DNA of 60,239 nt, taken from Myxococcales bacterium. Lineage in GTDB: Bacteria; Myxococcota; Myxococcia; Myxococcales; Anaeromyxobacteraceae. Of the stretch, positions 29,457-39,518 are shown in pieces; the first letter of the stretch is position 1, and the number at the start of each line of letters is the position of its first letter. Both the position numbers and the translations under genes were made by a program. The notes below the pieces were generated by a model, which worked only from the letters and a program-made list of their open reading frames with translations, was not told the origin of the DNA and did no database searches. Where the stretch lies: the NCBI GenBank assembly GCA_038320275.1, contig JBBQEB010000004.1, positions 1 to 60,239 on the forward strand. Reading direction: 5' to 3'.

Positions 29457-30659
29457 ATGGCGGTGCGGGTACTGGCTGCGCCTTACCTCTTCACCGGCGA
29501 GGGGGACGCCCTGCGCGACGGCGCAGTCGCGCTCGACGGCGACACCGTGGTGGCGGTGGGCCCGCGCGGCGCGATCGAGGCGCGCTTCGGCCCCGCCGAG
29601 GGGCTCGACGCGATCATCTTGCCGGCGCTGGTGAACGCGCACACCCACCTCGAGCTCTCGCACCTGCGCGGCCGGGTGAGTGGCGGGGAGGGGTTGGCGC
29701 CCTGGGTGCAGCGCCTCGTCGCGGTGCGCCTGGCGCATCCGGCCTGCGACCTGGCGGCGCTCGACGAAGCCCTGCGGGAGCTCTCCGAGGCCGGGGTCGC
29801 CGCGGTGGGCGACGTGACGAACACGCTCGCGCCGCTTCAGCCGCTCGCGCGGGCAGGCCTGGCGGGGACGCTGTACCACGAGGTCTTCGGCTTCTCGTCG
29901 GCGCGCATCGAGGCGGCGCTCGCGGCCGCTCGCGAGCTGCGTACTGCGGCCGGCGAGCCCGGCCCCGGGCTCACCGTCGCGCCGAGCCCGCACGCCGTCT
30001 ACTCGACCCATCCCGAGGCGCGGGCACGGCTCCTGCGCGACGGGCCTGCCTCCATCCACCTGGCGGAAGATCCCGCCGAGCGGGCCTTCTGCGCCGAGGG
30101 CCGGGGCCCGTTCGCCTCCATGAACCGCGCCCTGGGAGCGGGGCCGCTGCGCCCCCTGGGCCGGAGCGCGGTGTCGGTGGTGGCGCCCGACCTCGGGCCG
30201 CGCTCCCTCGCGGTGCACGTCGTCGATCTGGACGAGGAGGACCTGTCGGCGCTCGCGGCCTCCGGCGCCACGGCGGTCCTCTGCCCGCGCTCCAACCTGC
30301 ACATCGGCGGGCGCCTGGCCGATCTGCCCCGGCTCCTTGCCGCGGGCGTGCCACTCGCGGTCGGAACCGACTCGCTGGCGTCGTCCCCTTCGCTCTCCCC
30401 GCTGGCGGAGCTCGCCGCGCTGGGGGGCGCGTTCCCGTCGGTTCCGGCCTCGCGGCTGCTGCCGCTCGCCTGGAACGGGGCTGCGGTGGGCGCGCCGGCC
30501 GTCGGGCGACTCGCACCGGGGAGCACGCCTGGCGTGATCGCGGCTCCCCTCGCCGGCGCCCGACCCGAAGACCCTGCCGCCTGGCTGCTGGAGCGCCACG
30601 GCGCGGGCGGCCGTCCGCTGAGGTGGCTCGCGCGCCATCGCCCGGGGGACTCCTCGTGA
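29457..30659 (+). CDS. Amidohydrolase, probable aminodeoxyfutalosine deaminase
   Basis: NAHTHLE, PHAVYS, IHLAE, CPRSN, GTDS; lies inside the mqn operon. Confidence 0.75.
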   Translation: MAVRVLAAPYLFTGEGDALRDGAVALDGDTVVAVGPRGAIEARFGPAEGLDAIILPALVNAHTHLELSHLRGRVSGGEGLAPWVQRLVAVRLAHPACDLAALDEALRELSEAGVAAVGDVTNTLAPLQPLARAGLAGTLYHEVFGFSSARIEAALAAARELRTAAGEPGPGLTVAPSPHAVYSTHPEARARLLRDGPASIHLAEDPAERAFCAEGRGPFASMNRALGAGPLRPLGRSAVSVVAPDLGPRSLAVHVVDLDEEDLSALAASGATAVLCPRSNLHIGGRLADLPRLLAAGVPLAVGTDSLASSPSLSPLAELAALGGAFPSVPASRLLPLAWNGAAVGAPAVGRLAPGSTPGVIAAPLAGARPEDPAAWLLERHGAGGRPLRWLARHRPGDSS

Positions 30660-31525
30660 GCGCCATCGCCTTGTCACGATTAGTGAAACTGGAGCACTCG
30701 CTCTTCGCGCTTCCGTTCGCGGCCAGCGCGGCGGTGCTGGTGGCAGGCGAGGCGCGGCTCGACCCCTTGCGGCTCGCCTTCGTCGCCCTGGCGGTGGTGC
30801 TGGCGCGCACCGCGGCCATGGCCATGAACCGCATCGCCGACCGCGCCTTCGATGCTCGGAATCCACGGACGAAGGCGCGCGAGCTCGTGACCGGCGCCGT
30901 CTCGCTCCGCGCTGCCTGGGCGCTCCTCGGTGGCAGCGCGCTCGGTTTCGTGGCGGTGGCCTTCGCCATCGCGCCGGTCTGCGGGCTCCTCGCCCTGCCG
31001 GTGCTCTGCATCCTGCTGGGCTACTCCTACGCGAAGCGATTCACCTGGGCGGTGCACTTGTGGCTGGGCGTGGCGCAGGCGCTCGCGCCGGTGGGCGTCG
31101 CCATCGCCCTCACCGGGAGGGCGCCGCTCTCCACCATCGTGCTCGGGCTCGGCGTGGGCGCCTGGGTGGCGGGGTTCGACATCCTGTATTCGCTCCAGGA
31201 CGAGGCCTTCGACCGGGGCGAGAGGCTGCACTCCATCCCGGCGCGCTTCGGGGTGAGGGGCTCCTTGCTCTGGTCGCGCGGGCTGCACGTCCTCGCCGGC
31301 GTCTCCATCGCCGCGGCAGGCGTGCTGGGGCAGCGCGGGGCGGGGTGGCTGGTGGGTTCCGTCATGCTGGTCGTCCTTCTCGTCGCGGAGCACCTGTACG
31401 CGGCGCCGGGCGGCGACCTGCGCCGCGAGCGGATCGGCGCCGCCTTCTTCAGCTTCAACGCCTTCGCCTCGGTGGCCTTCGCTGCCTGCGCGCTGGCGGA
31501 CCTCGCCCTGCGGAGGGCAGCATGA
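30656..31525 (+). CDS. UbiA-like polyprenyltransferase (MqnP-like)
   Basis: KLEHSLFALPF, NRIADRAFDARNPRT, YSYAKRFT, GFDILYSLQD, HSIPARFG. Confidence 0.9.
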   Translation: MSAIALSRLVKLEHSLFALPFAASAAVLVAGEARLDPLRLAFVALAVVLARTAAMAMNRIADRAFDARNPRTKARELVTGAVSLRAAWALLGGSALGFVAVAFAIAPVCGLLALPVLCILLGYSYAKRFTWAVHLWLGVAQALAPVGVAIALTGRAPLSTIVLGLGVGAWVAGFDILYSLQDEAFDRGERLHSIPARFGVRGSLLWSRGLHVLAGVSIAAAGVLGQRGAGWLVGSVMLVVLLVAEHLYAAPGGDLRRERIGAAFFSFNAFASVAFAACALADLALRRAA

Positions 31526-32106
31526 CGCCCGAGAGCCAGCCGGCGCCCCGCGCCGCATCCTTCGCGCTGCAGCGGGCGGAGCTCGCCGTCGCGGACGCGG
31601 TGGGCGAGCTGATGGAGCTGTGGGGCTTTCGCCGCCAGCTGGGCCGGATCTGGGCGGTGCTCTTCCTCTCCGAGCGGCCGCTGGCGGCGCCCGATCTGTG
31701 CGAGCGCCTGCAGATCTCCACCGGACTGCTCTCGATGAGCCTCACCGAGCTGCGGGGCTGGGGCGTGGTGCGCAGCGTGGCGGTCCCGGGGGACCGCAAG
31801 GAGCACTTCGAGGCGGAGACCAACATCTGGTCCCTCGTGCGGCGCGTGCTGGCGGAGCGCGAGCGCCTGGCCATCGCGGCTGCGCTCACCACGGTGGAGG
31901 ACGCGCTGCGGATCGTGAGGGGCGCCCTCGCCGACGTCGACCCGGCGGTGAAGGCGGCGGCCCGCTTCCGCATCGGCCGCCTGGAACAGCTCGCCTCACT
32001 CTGCCGCGTGGGCCAGAACCTGCTCGACCTGCTGCTCGAGACCGCGCGCGTGGACGTGGGCCCGCTGAAGCTCCTCTCGGAAGCCTGGGCGCGGCGGCGC
32101 GCGTGA
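31522..32106 (+). CDS. GbsR/MarR-type winged-helix transcriptional regulator
   Basis: WGFRRQLGRIWAVLFLS, SMSLTELRGWGVV, GDRKEHFEAETNIW; ATG overlaps the upstream stop. Confidence 0.82.
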   Translation: MTPESQPAPRAASFALQRAELAVADAVGELMELWGFRRQLGRIWAVLFLSERPLAAPDLCERLQISTGLLSMSLTELRGWGVVRSVAVPGDRKEHFEAETNIWSLVRRVLAERERLAIAAALTTVEDALRIVRGALADVDPAVKAAARFRIGRLEQLASLCRVGQNLLDLLLETARVDVGPLKLLSEAWARRRA

Positions 32107-32203
32107 GGGGCTCGCGTCGACGGTAGGTCGAAAGGCGGACCTGGTGAGCCCGGCGCTCCGTGGCCCGTTTTGGCCCCCGGCTCCTCCGTGGGAGAATGTG
32201 CGC

Positions 32204-32833
32204 ATGAAGATCGCCATCGTAGGAGCTTCGGCTGGGGTCGGCCTCGCCACCACGAATTGGGCGCTCGAGCGCGGCCACGAGGTCGCGACGCTCTCGCGTC
32301 GCATCGAGACCCTGCCGGACAGTCCGCGTCTCCGAAGAGTTCGGGGGAGCTCCACCAACCCCGCGGACGTGGCCACCGTCGTGCGCGACGCGGAGGCCGT
32401 GATCGTGACCCTCGGGACCGGCACGAGCGCCAAGGCGACGACGCTCTACTCGGAGTCTGGACGCGTGCTCCTGGGGGCGCTCGCCGCCTCCAGGCTCTCG
32501 CCCACGTTGATCGTGCTCACCGGGTTCGGCGCAGGGGAGAGCTGGGACTTCCTCGCCTTCCCCATGACCCTCATCTTCCGCTTCATGCTGAAGACGGTTT
32601 ACGCCGACAAGAGCGTCCTGGAACGGGTCGTCACGGGAGGCTATCCGCGCTGGGAGATCGTGCGGCCGGGCCGGCTCACCAACGGCCCCGCCACCGGCCG
32701 CTACCGGGTCCTCGTCGAGCTCACGAAAGGCATGAAGGTCGGCTCGATCTCGCGGGCGGACGTCGCGCAGTTCCTCGTGACGCAGGCCGAGTCTCCGACC
32801 TACCTGGGGAAGTACCCAGCGCTCGGGGCCTGA
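32204..32833 (+). CDS. NAD(P)-binding flavin reductase/BLVRB-like protein
   Basis: [23 protein letters not shown]. Confidence 0.82.
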   Translation: MKIAIVGASAGVGLATTNWALERGHEVATLSRRIETLPDSPRLRRVRGSSTNPADVATVVRDAEAVIVTLGTGTSAKATTLYSESGRVLLGALAASRLSPTLIVLTGFGAGESWDFLAFPMTLIFRFMLKTVYADKSVLERVVTGGYPRWEIVRPGRLTNGPATGRYRVLVELTKGMKVGSISRADVAQFLVTQAESPTYLGKYPALGA

Positions 32834-32864
32834 CCCCTCGCCTCGCGCGGGCCTTGCTGGGCCA

Positions 32865-32890
32865 CTATCACGATGATATCATCGTGATAG
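32865..32890. promoter_or_regulatory. Perfect 26-bp palindrome, likely operator
   Basis: CTATCACGATGAT|ATCATCGTGATAG, AT-rich, 51 bp upstream of the SPFH gene. Confidence 0.7.
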
Positions 32891-32941
32891 CGAGCACGCC
32901 GCGACCGACCCCACGTTGCGGCTGCTCGAGGAGGCGCGCCC

Positions 32942-33814
32942 ATGCTGATCCGCGAGGTCGTTCGCACACCCATCCCCGGCCTGCCCGTGCTCGTCGGAAT
33001 CGTGGTCGGGGAGCTCGCCATGGTCGCGGCGCTGGCGGGCGGAATCGTGCTCGGAAACCCGCTCCTCATCGCCGGGGCCGCGCTCGGGTTTTCGTTGGGC
33101 TTCCTTGTCGCGAAGGGGCTCTTCGTCGTAAACCCCAACGAGGCTCGCGTGCTCCAGCTCTTCGGCGCCTACGTGGGCTCGGCGAGGGAGCCGGGCTTCC
33201 GCTTCGCGAACCCCTTCTACACGCGCAAGAAGGTCTCGCTCCGCGTCGTCTCCTTCGAGTCGGGCAAGCTCAAGGTGAACGACCTCGACGGCAACCCCAT
33301 CGAGATCGCGACCATCATCGTGTTTCGCGTCGTCGACTCGGCGCAGGCGGTCTTCGAGGTGAGCGACTACGCCGCGTTCGTGCGCGTCCAGAGCGAGGCC
33401 GCGCTCCGCAACCTGGCGAGCCGCTACCCCTACGACGCGCACGACGAGGAGCAGGTCTCGCTGCGCGGTCAGACCAAGATGGTGGCCGACCATCTCAAGA
33501 TCGAGATCGAGGAGCGGGTAGCGCTGGCCGGGGTGGAGATCCTGGAGGCGCGCATCAGTCATCTCGCCTACGCGCCGGAGATCGCGCAGGCCATGCTGCA
33601 GCGCCAGCAGGCGGGCGCCATCATCGCGGCGCGGGCCCGCATCGTCGACGGCGCGGTGGGTATGGTGGAGATGGCCCTCGAGCGGCTCAGCCGGAACAAC
33701 GTCGTCGCCCTCGACGAGGACCGCAAGGCGGCCATGGTGTCGAACCTCCTGGTCGTGCTCTGCGGCGAGCGGGCGACCCAGCCCATCGTCAACGCCGGGA
33801 CCATCTACCAGTAG
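32942..33814 (+). CDS. SPFH (band 7) domain membrane protein
   Basis: N-terminal TMs; [32 protein letters not shown]. Confidence 0.9.
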   Translation: MLIREVVRTPIPGLPVLVGIVVGELAMVAALAGGIVLGNPLLIAGAALGFSLGFLVAKGLFVVNPNEARVLQLFGAYVGSAREPGFRFANPFYTRKKVSLRVVSFESGKLKVNDLDGNPIEIATIIVFRVVDSAQAVFEVSDYAAFVRVQSEAALRNLASRYPYDAHDEEQVSLRGQTKMVADHLKIEIEERVALAGVEILEARISHLAYAPEIAQAMLQRQQAGAIIAARARIVDGAVGMVEMALERLSRNNVVALDEDRKAAMVSNLLVVLCGERATQPIVNAGTIYQ

Positions 33815-33820
33815 GCGCGG

Positions 33821-34024
33821 ATGGCCGACCGGAAGGCCTTCCTCCTGCGGGTCGACCCGCGCCTCCTCGAGGCGGTGCAGCGCTGGGCCGACGACGACCT
33901 GCGCAGCCTGAACGCGCAGATCGAGTTCCTCCTGCGCCGGGCGCTGCGCGAGGCGGGCCGCGCCGCGCCGGAGGTGACCCGCGGGGCCGGAGGATCCTTG
34001 CCGCCCAAGGGACGGAGCGGTTAA
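33821..34024 (+). CDS. Arc-like ribbon-helix-helix DNA-binding protein
   Basis: KAFLLRVDP...[17 protein letters not shown] pattern. Confidence 0.8.
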   Translation: MADRKAFLLRVDPRLLEAVQRWADDDLRSLNAQIEFLLRRALREAGRAAPEVTRGAGGSLPPKGRSG

Positions 34025-34035
34025 GAAGCGCACCC

Positions 34036-35142
34036 ATGCTCTCGCCCGAAGTGCTGAGAAAGCTCGACGCCATCGAGGCGCGCTTCGAGGAGCTCACCGC
34101 ACAGCTCTCCGATCCGGCCGTGGTGTCGAACGGCGACCGCTTCCGCAGGGCAGCCAAGGAGCGGGCCGGGATCGAGCGGACGGTGGAGGCGCTGCGAGCC
34201 TGGCGCAGGCTCTCCCGGGACGTCGCCGAGAACGAGGCGATGCTCGAGGACGCGGAGATGCGCGAGCTCGCGAAGGATGAGCTGGCGGCGCTGCGCCCGC
34301 GGCTCGCCCCGGCCGAGGACGACCTGAAGCTCCTGCTCGTGCCGCGCGATCCCAACGACGAGAAGGACATCATCCTGGAGGTCCGGGCCGGGGCAGGGGG
34401 CGACGAGGCCGGCCTCTTCGCCGCGGAGGTGCTGCGGCTGTACCTTCGCTACGCCGAGCGGAGGGGATGGAAGTTCGAGATCGCCGACACCTCCCCGGGC
34501 GCGCTGGGCGGGGTGAAGGACGTGACTGTCACCATCTCCGGCGAGGCGGTCTACTCCTCGCTCAAGTACGAGTCGGGCGTCCACCGCGTGCAGCGCGTGC
34601 CGGCCACCGAGGCGCAGGGGCGCATCCACACCTCCACCGTCACCGTGGCGGTGATGCCGGAGGCGGAGGACATCGACGTCCAGATCAACCCGGCCGATCT
34701 GGAGATGGACGTCTTTCGCTCCACCGGCTCGGGCGGACAGTCCGTGAACACCACCGACTCGGCGGTGCGGCTCACCCACAAGCCGACCGGCGTCATCGTG
34801 AAGTGCCAGCAGGAGAAGAGTCAGCTCAAGAACCGCAACATGGCGATGAAGATGCTGCGGGCAAAGCTCTTCGAGATGGAGCTGGAGAAGCAGCAGAGCG
34901 CGCGCGACGCCGCGCGGAAGAGCCAGGTCGGCTCGGGGGATCGCTCGGAAAAGATCCGGACCTACAACTTTCCGCAGGACCGGCTCACCGATCACCGCAT
35001 CAACTACACGCGCCACAACCTTCCCGCGGTGATGGACGGGGACATCCAGGACCTCGTCGACGCCTGCCGCACCCACTACGCCGCCGAGGCGCTCCGCGAG
35101 GCCTCCCGCGACGAGGGCGGCCGGGTCGAGAGGCGCCCGTGA
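34036..35142 (+). CDS. prfA: Peptide chain release factor 1
   Basis: [15 protein letters not shown] (PxT), [15 protein letters not shown]. Confidence 0.97.
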   Translation: MLSPEVLRKLDAIEARFEELTAQLSDPAVVSNGDRFRRAAKERAGIERTVEALRAWRRLSRDVAENEAMLEDAEMRELAKDELAALRPRLAPAEDDLKLLLVPRDPNDEKDIILEVRAGAGGDEAGLFAAEVLRLYLRYAERRGWKFEIADTSPGALGGVKDVTVTISGEAVYSSLKYESGVHRVQRVPATEAQGRIHTSTVTVAVMPEAEDIDVQINPADLEMDVFRSTGSGGQSVNTTDSAVRLTHKPTGVIVKCQQEKSQLKNRNMAMKMLRAKLFEMELEKQQSARDAARKSQVGSGDRSEKIRTYNFPQDRLTDHRINYTRHNLPAVMDGDIQDLVDACRTHYAAEALREASRDEGGRVERRP

Positions 35143-35157
35143 GCAGGCCACAGGCCA

Positions 35158-35378
35158 GGAGGGGTCCCAGCGAGGCTGGGGAGGGCGGAGCCCTCCCGGC
35201 AGGGACAGCGAACGCAGTGAGCGTGGGCCCCTGCGAGCAGGAGTGGGGCCCCGGTCCAGCTCTGCTGGCCGGGGCGAGGGCGCAGCCCTCGCCTGAAGCC
35301 GAGACGCCCCTGAGCAGCCCACGAGCCAGGTGGGGTCCCGGTCTAGCTTTGCTGGCCGGGGCGAGGGCGCAGCCCGCG
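35158..35378 (+). mobile_element. Non-coding multi-hairpin element, copy B (35158-35291) plus an extra right module (35332-35378)
   Basis: Left module is 36/39 identical to 22000-22038; the 47-bp right module occurs at 35245-35291 and 35332-35378 and matches 22089-22135. Confidence 0.65.
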
Positions 35379-35398
35379 TATGAAACAGAGAAGCGGGC

Positions 35399-36271
35399 GT
35401 GAGCCAGGCGGACGAGGGGGGGGCGTCTCCGCCCTGGACGCCGCTCAAGCTCATCGCCTGGACGCAAGGCTACCTCGCCCGCGCCGGGGTCGACGCCCCG
35501 CGCCTCACCGCCGAGCTGCTCCTCGCCCAGGCCCTGGGCGTCGATCGCGTGCGGCTCTACCTCGACTTCGACAAGCCCATCGGGCCAGAGGAGCTGTCGA
35601 GGTTCCGCGCCCTGGTGAAGCGGCGCGGTGAGGGCGAACCCACCGCCTACCTCGTCGGCGCGCGGGAGTTCTACGGCCGCCGCTTCCGCTGCGACGCCCG
35701 GGCGCTCGTGCCGCGTCCGGAGACGGAGCTCCTGGTGGAGGTGGCGCTGGCGCTCCTCCCGCCAGGCGGCACCGCGCTCGACCTCTGCACCGGCACCGGC
35801 TGCGTCGGCATCACGCTCGCGCTGGAGCGACCCGGCGCGCGCGTCGTCGCCACCGACCTCTCGCCCGAGGCGCTGTCGCTGGCGGCCGAGAACGCCGCCG
35901 CGCTGGGCGCCGCGCTCACGCTGCGGGAAGGAGATCTCTTCGCCCCGCTGCCCGCCGGCTCCCTCTTCGACGTCATCGCTGCGAACCCCCCTTACGTGCC
36001 CTCGGGCGAGCTGTCCGGCCTCTCCCGGGAGGTGCGCCGCGAGCCGCGCCTGGCGCTCGACGGTGGCCCGGACGGCCTCGGCCTCGCCCGCCGCATCGCG
36101 GCCGAAGCCTCGCGCTGGCTCGTCCCGGGCGGCGCGCTCCTCCTCGAGATGCACGAGAGCCACCTCACCTCGCTCCCGGCCTTGCTCGCCGGCTCCGGCT
36201 TCACCGGGGTGGAGGTGCGGCGCGATCTCGCTGGCCTTCCCCGCCTCGCCCTGGCCCGCGCGAAACCGTAG
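35399..36271 (+). CDS. prmC: Release factor glutamine methyltransferase
   Basis: LVPRPETE, DLCTGTG, NPPY, EPRLALDGG. Confidence 0.95.
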   Translation: MSQADEGGASPPWTPLKLIAWTQGYLARAGVDAPRLTAELLLAQALGVDRVRLYLDFDKPIGPEELSRFRALVKRRGEGEPTAYLVGAREFYGRRFRCDARALVPRPETELLVEVALALLPPGGTALDLCTGTGCVGITLALERPGARVVATDLSPEALSLAAENAAALGAALTLREGDLFAPLPAGSLFDVIAANPPYVPSGELSGLSREVRREPRLALDGGPDGLGLARRIAAEASRWLVPGGALLLEMHESHLTSLPALLAGSGFTGVEVRRDLAGLPRLALARAKP

Positions 36272-36316
36272 AGGCGCGGCCGGGGAGCGGGTACACTCCG
36301 CCGCCCGGAACGGCCC

Positions 36317-37588
36317 ATGGACAAGCTCGTCATCGAAGGCGGCGTACCGCTGCGCGGAGAGGTGCGGATCTCCGGCGCCAAGAACGCTGCCCTGCCCGCG
36401 CTCGCCGCGGCGCTCCTCGCCGAGGGCGATCACGCGGTCGCCAACGTCCCCGACCTCGCCGACGTGCGGACCATGGGCCGGCTCCTCGCGTACATGGGCT
36501 GCGAGGTGAGCCACGCCCTCACCGAGAGCGGGCGCGCGACGTCGGTGCGCGTGCCGCGCGAGGTGCGGGCTGAGGCGCCCTACGAGCTCGTGAAGACCAT
36601 GCGCGCGAGCGTGCTCGTGCTGGGGCCCCTCCTCGCTCGCTGGGGCCGGGCCCGCGTGTCGCTCCCCGGCGGCTGCGCCATCGGCGCGCGCCCCATCGAC
36701 CAGCACCTGGCCGGCCTTGCGGCGCTGGGGGCCAAGGTGGAGCTCGCCCACGGCTACGTGGAGGCCACCGCGCCCGCGGGCGGGCTGCGGGGCTCGAGCT
36801 TCGTCTTCGACGTGCCCACCGTCACCGGCACCGAGAACGTGATGATGGCGGCCGCGCTCGCGGAGGGCCGCACGGTCCTGGGCAACTGCGCGCGCGAGCC
36901 GGAGGTGGTGGACCTCGCGGACGCGCTCCGCGGGATGGGCGCCCACGTCACGGGCGACGGCACCGACGAGATCCACGTCGAGGGGGTGCGCGCGCTGCGC
37001 CCGCTCGCGCATGCGGTCATCCCGGACCGCATCGAGGCGGGGACGCTCCTCGTGGCGGGCGCTCTCCCCGGCGGCGACGTGACGGCCACGGGCTGCGTCC
37101 CAGAGCACCTGGAAGCGTTGCTGGAGAAGCTCCGCGCGTCCGGCGCCGAGGTGCTGGCCCGCGCGGGCGCGGTGCGCGTGCGGGGCGGCGGAAGGCCGCG
37201 CCCGATCGACTTCCGTACCGCCCCCTTCCCGGGCTTCCCCACCGACATGCAGGCGCAGCTCAGCGTCCTGCTCTCCATCGCGGAGGGCTCCTCGGTGGTC
37301 ACCGAGACGGTGTTCGAGAACCGCTTCATGCACGTGCAGGAGCTGCGGCGGCTGGGGGCCGACATCGCGATCGACGGCAAGCTGGCGGTGGTGAAGGGCG
37401 TCGCCGGGCTGTCCGGCGCGCCGGTGATGGCGAGCGATCTCCGCGCTTCGGCGGCGCTGGTGCTGGCGGGGCTCCTCGCGAGCGGCTCCACCGAAGTGCT
37501 GCGCGTCTATCACCTCGACCGCGGGTACGAGCGGCTGGAGGACAGGCTCCTGCCGCTCGGCGCCCGCATCCGGAGGGTGAAGGCGTGA
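36317..37588 (+). CDS. murA: UDP-N-acetylglucosamine 1-carboxyvinyltransferase
   Basis: [42 protein letters not shown]. Confidence 0.97.
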   Translation: MDKLVIEGGVPLRGEVRISGAKNAALPALAAALLAEGDHAVANVPDLADVRTMGRLLAYMGCEVSHALTESGRATSVRVPREVRAEAPYELVKTMRASVLVLGPLLARWGRARVSLPGGCAIGARPIDQHLAGLAALGAKVELAHGYVEATAPAGGLRGSSFVFDVPTVTGTENVMMAAALAEGRTVLGNCAREPEVVDLADALRGMGAHVTGDGTDEIHVEGVRALRPLAHAVIPDRIEAGTLLVAGALPGGDVTATGCVPEHLEALLEKLRASGAEVLARAGAVRVRGGGRPRPIDFRTAPFPGFPTDMQAQLSVLLSIAEGSSVVTETVFENRFMHVQELRRLGADIAIDGKLAVVKGVAGLSGAPVMASDLRASAALVLAGLLASGSTEVLRVYHLDRGYERLEDRLLPLGARIRRVKA

Positions 37589-38265
37589 AGCGGGCCCGCG
37601 CCGCCCTCCCCCAGCCTCTCATCACGGTCGCCATCCCCAAGGGGCGGCTGCTCGCGGAGGCCTCCACGCTCTTCGAGGAGGCGCTCGGCGTCTCTCCGCG
37701 CGCGCTCCTCGAGGGCACGCGCAAGCTCGCCGCGGACGCTCCCGAGGCCGGGCTGCGCTTCATCTCCATCCGCGCGGCCGACGTGGCGAGCTACGTCGAG
37801 CACGGGGCCGCCGAGGTGGGGGTGGCGGGCCTCGACGTCCTCCGGGAGGAGCCGCGCGACCTCTACGAGCCGCTCGACCTGGGGATCGGCCGCTGCAAGG
37901 TCATCGTGGCCCGGCCCGCCGGGGCCCGCCCGCTGGGCAAGGGCGTGGCCCCGCGGGTGGCGACGAAGTACGTCGCGCTCGCCACGGCGCACTTCGCTGC
38001 GAAATCGTTGCCCGCCGAGATCATCGCGCTGCACGGGTCCATCGAGGTGGCCCCGTCGCTCGGCCTCGCCGACCTCATCGTCGACATCACCGAGACCGGC
38101 GAAACGCTGCGCGCCAACGGGCTTGTCATCGAGGAGACGGTGCTCGACGTCTCGGCCCGGCTGGTGGTCAACCGAGTGGCCCTGAAGCTCCATGGCGAGC
38201 GTCTGCGGCGTCTCATCGCCGCCCTGCGGGCCCGAACCGCGGCGCGCGCGGGCGGAACAGGTTGA
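37585..38265 (+). CDS. hisG: ATP phosphoribosyltransferase, short form
   Basis: [38 protein letters not shown]; no C-terminal regulatory domain. Confidence 0.93.
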   Translation: MKRARAALPQPLITVAIPKGRLLAEASTLFEEALGVSPRALLEGTRKLAADAPEAGLRFISIRAADVASYVEHGAAEVGVAGLDVLREEPRDLYEPLDLGIGRCKVIVARPAGARPLGKGVAPRVATKYVALATAHFAAKSLPAEIIALHGSIEVAPSLGLADLIVDITETGETLRANGLVIEETVLDVSARLVVNRVALKLHGERLRRLIAALRARTAARAGGTG

Positions 38266-38358
38266 TCCACGGGCGACGATCCGCCTATCCTCGCGATTCG
38301 ACCCCTCGTCTCACCCAGCGCACGTCCCGACCCACCCTCGAAGGAGACCGCACCTCGT

Positions 38359-38739
38359 ATGGATTGCCCTCGTTGCAGCGTCGAAGTGACGGAGATCGTT
38401 GACGAGGACAGGAACCTGCACCGCTGCGGCACGTGCGGCGGGCTCTGGGTCGATGTCGCCGAGCTGAACCGCCTCCTGCTGCACGCGAACCTACCCGCGC
38501 TCTCGGCGCTGGGCGGTTACGTGAACCCCGACGAGATCGCGGGCATGTGTCCGGCGTGCAACGTCGACCTGGTGGCGGTGGAGGGCGGCGACAAGCGATC
38601 CTTGCACTACGACACCTGTGAGTCGTGCGGAGGCATCTGGGTCGAAGGGCCCGACGCGGACGAGATCCCCGAGACCCTCGGCCACGCGGCCGCGGTGAAG
38701 GAGATCGTCGAGTTCTACCGGAAGTTCAGGAAGAAGTAG
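38359..38739 (+). CDS. Double zinc-ribbon (zf-TFIIB-like) protein
   Basis: CPRC...CGTCGGLW and CPAC...CESCGGIW. Confidence 0.8.
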   Translation: MDCPRCSVEVTEIVDEDRNLHRCGTCGGLWVDVAELNRLLLHANLPALSALGGYVNPDEIAGMCPACNVDLVAVEGGDKRSLHYDTCESCGGIWVEGPDADEIPETLGHAAAVKEIVEFYRKFRKK

Positions 38740-38764
38740 GGCCGCGGCTCGGGCCCGCGGCCCC

Positions 38765-39460
38765 TCACCAGCTCCGATCGTCACGCCAGGGATGGCCGGT
38801 GTTGGAGTACCCCCGGATTTCCCAGTACCCGCGCCGGTCGTGCGTCATGAGCTGGAGCCGCGAGAGCCACTTGGCGCCCTTCCAGGCGTAGAGCTGAGGT
38901 ACGACCAGCCGGACGGGGCCACCGTGCTCCACCGGCAGGGGCTCCCCCTCGAGCTCGTAGGCCACCAGGACGTCGTCCTTGAGCGCCTCCTCCAGCGGTA
39001 GGTTCGTCTCGTACCGATCGCGGCCGTGCGCCATGAGATGCGTGGCCGTTTCCTGCGGCCGCGCCAGGGCGAGCACCGCGTCGAGCTGGACGCCGCGCCA
39101 GGCGACATCGAGGGTCGACCAGCCGGTGACGCAGTGGAAGTCTGACGTGAGCTCGACCTGCGGCAGGGCGAGGAGGTCCTCCCAGCGGAGCACCACCGGC
39201 GTTTCCACCGCGCCGTCCACGGTGAGGCTCCACCGGTCGAGCGGAGTCACCGGCTGATCGCCCAGGTCGAGCACGAGCAGGTCGCGCTGGGCGCGCTGGT
39301 GGGGCGGCAGGACCGGCATGCCGTGCCGGTTGCGCTCGCCCTTCCCGAGCGGCTCGGGGTCGGAGAGGCTGGGGGTCGCGCGCATGCGATCCGCGAAGCG
39401 GGCCCGCAACCGCGCGCGCTCCTCCTCCAGTCGTTGCGGCGAGGACGTCACCCTGCGCAT
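38765..39460 (-). CDS. Molybdopterin-dependent oxidoreductase (sulfite oxidase-like, YuiH type)
   Basis: DFHCVTGWS (Mo-ligand Cys), HGGPVRLVVP, YAWKGAKW, GYWE.RGY. Confidence 0.88.
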   Translation of the reverse strand: MRRVTSSPQRLEEERARLRARFADRMRATPSLSDPEPLGKGERNRHGMPVLPPHQRAQRDLLVLDLGDQPVTPLDRWSLTVDGAVETPVVLRWEDLLALPQVELTSDFHCVTGWSTLDVAWRGVQLDAVLALARPQETATHLMAHGRDRYETNLPLEEALKDDVLVAYELEGEPLPVEHGGPVRLVVPQLYAWKGAKWLSRLQLMTHDRRGYWEIRGYSNTGHPWRDDRSW

Positions 39461-39518
39461 CGTAGCGGGGGCGCTCCCCCGCGCAAGGGCGGGCACGCCG
39501 GGCCGCCGTCGAAACGCC

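Noticed and set aside
27456..30866. Very long antisense or alternate-frame ORFs (e.g. 1136 aa, 892 aa, 873 aa)
   Set aside because: Arg/Gly/Ala/Pro-rich shadow frames expected in high-GC coding DNA; they overlap well-supported genes.
32170..35142. 990-aa ORF as an N-terminally extended prfA
   Set aside because: The upstream part overlaps real genes in other frames; RF1 homology starts at ATG 34036.
21965..35404. CRISPR array interpretation of the repeated hairpin units
   Set aside because: Only 2-3 non-identical units per locus, the spacers are structured or copies of the flank, and there are no cas genes.
37585..38265. Truncated hisG
   Set aside because: It matches the normal short-form HisG that partners with HisZ.
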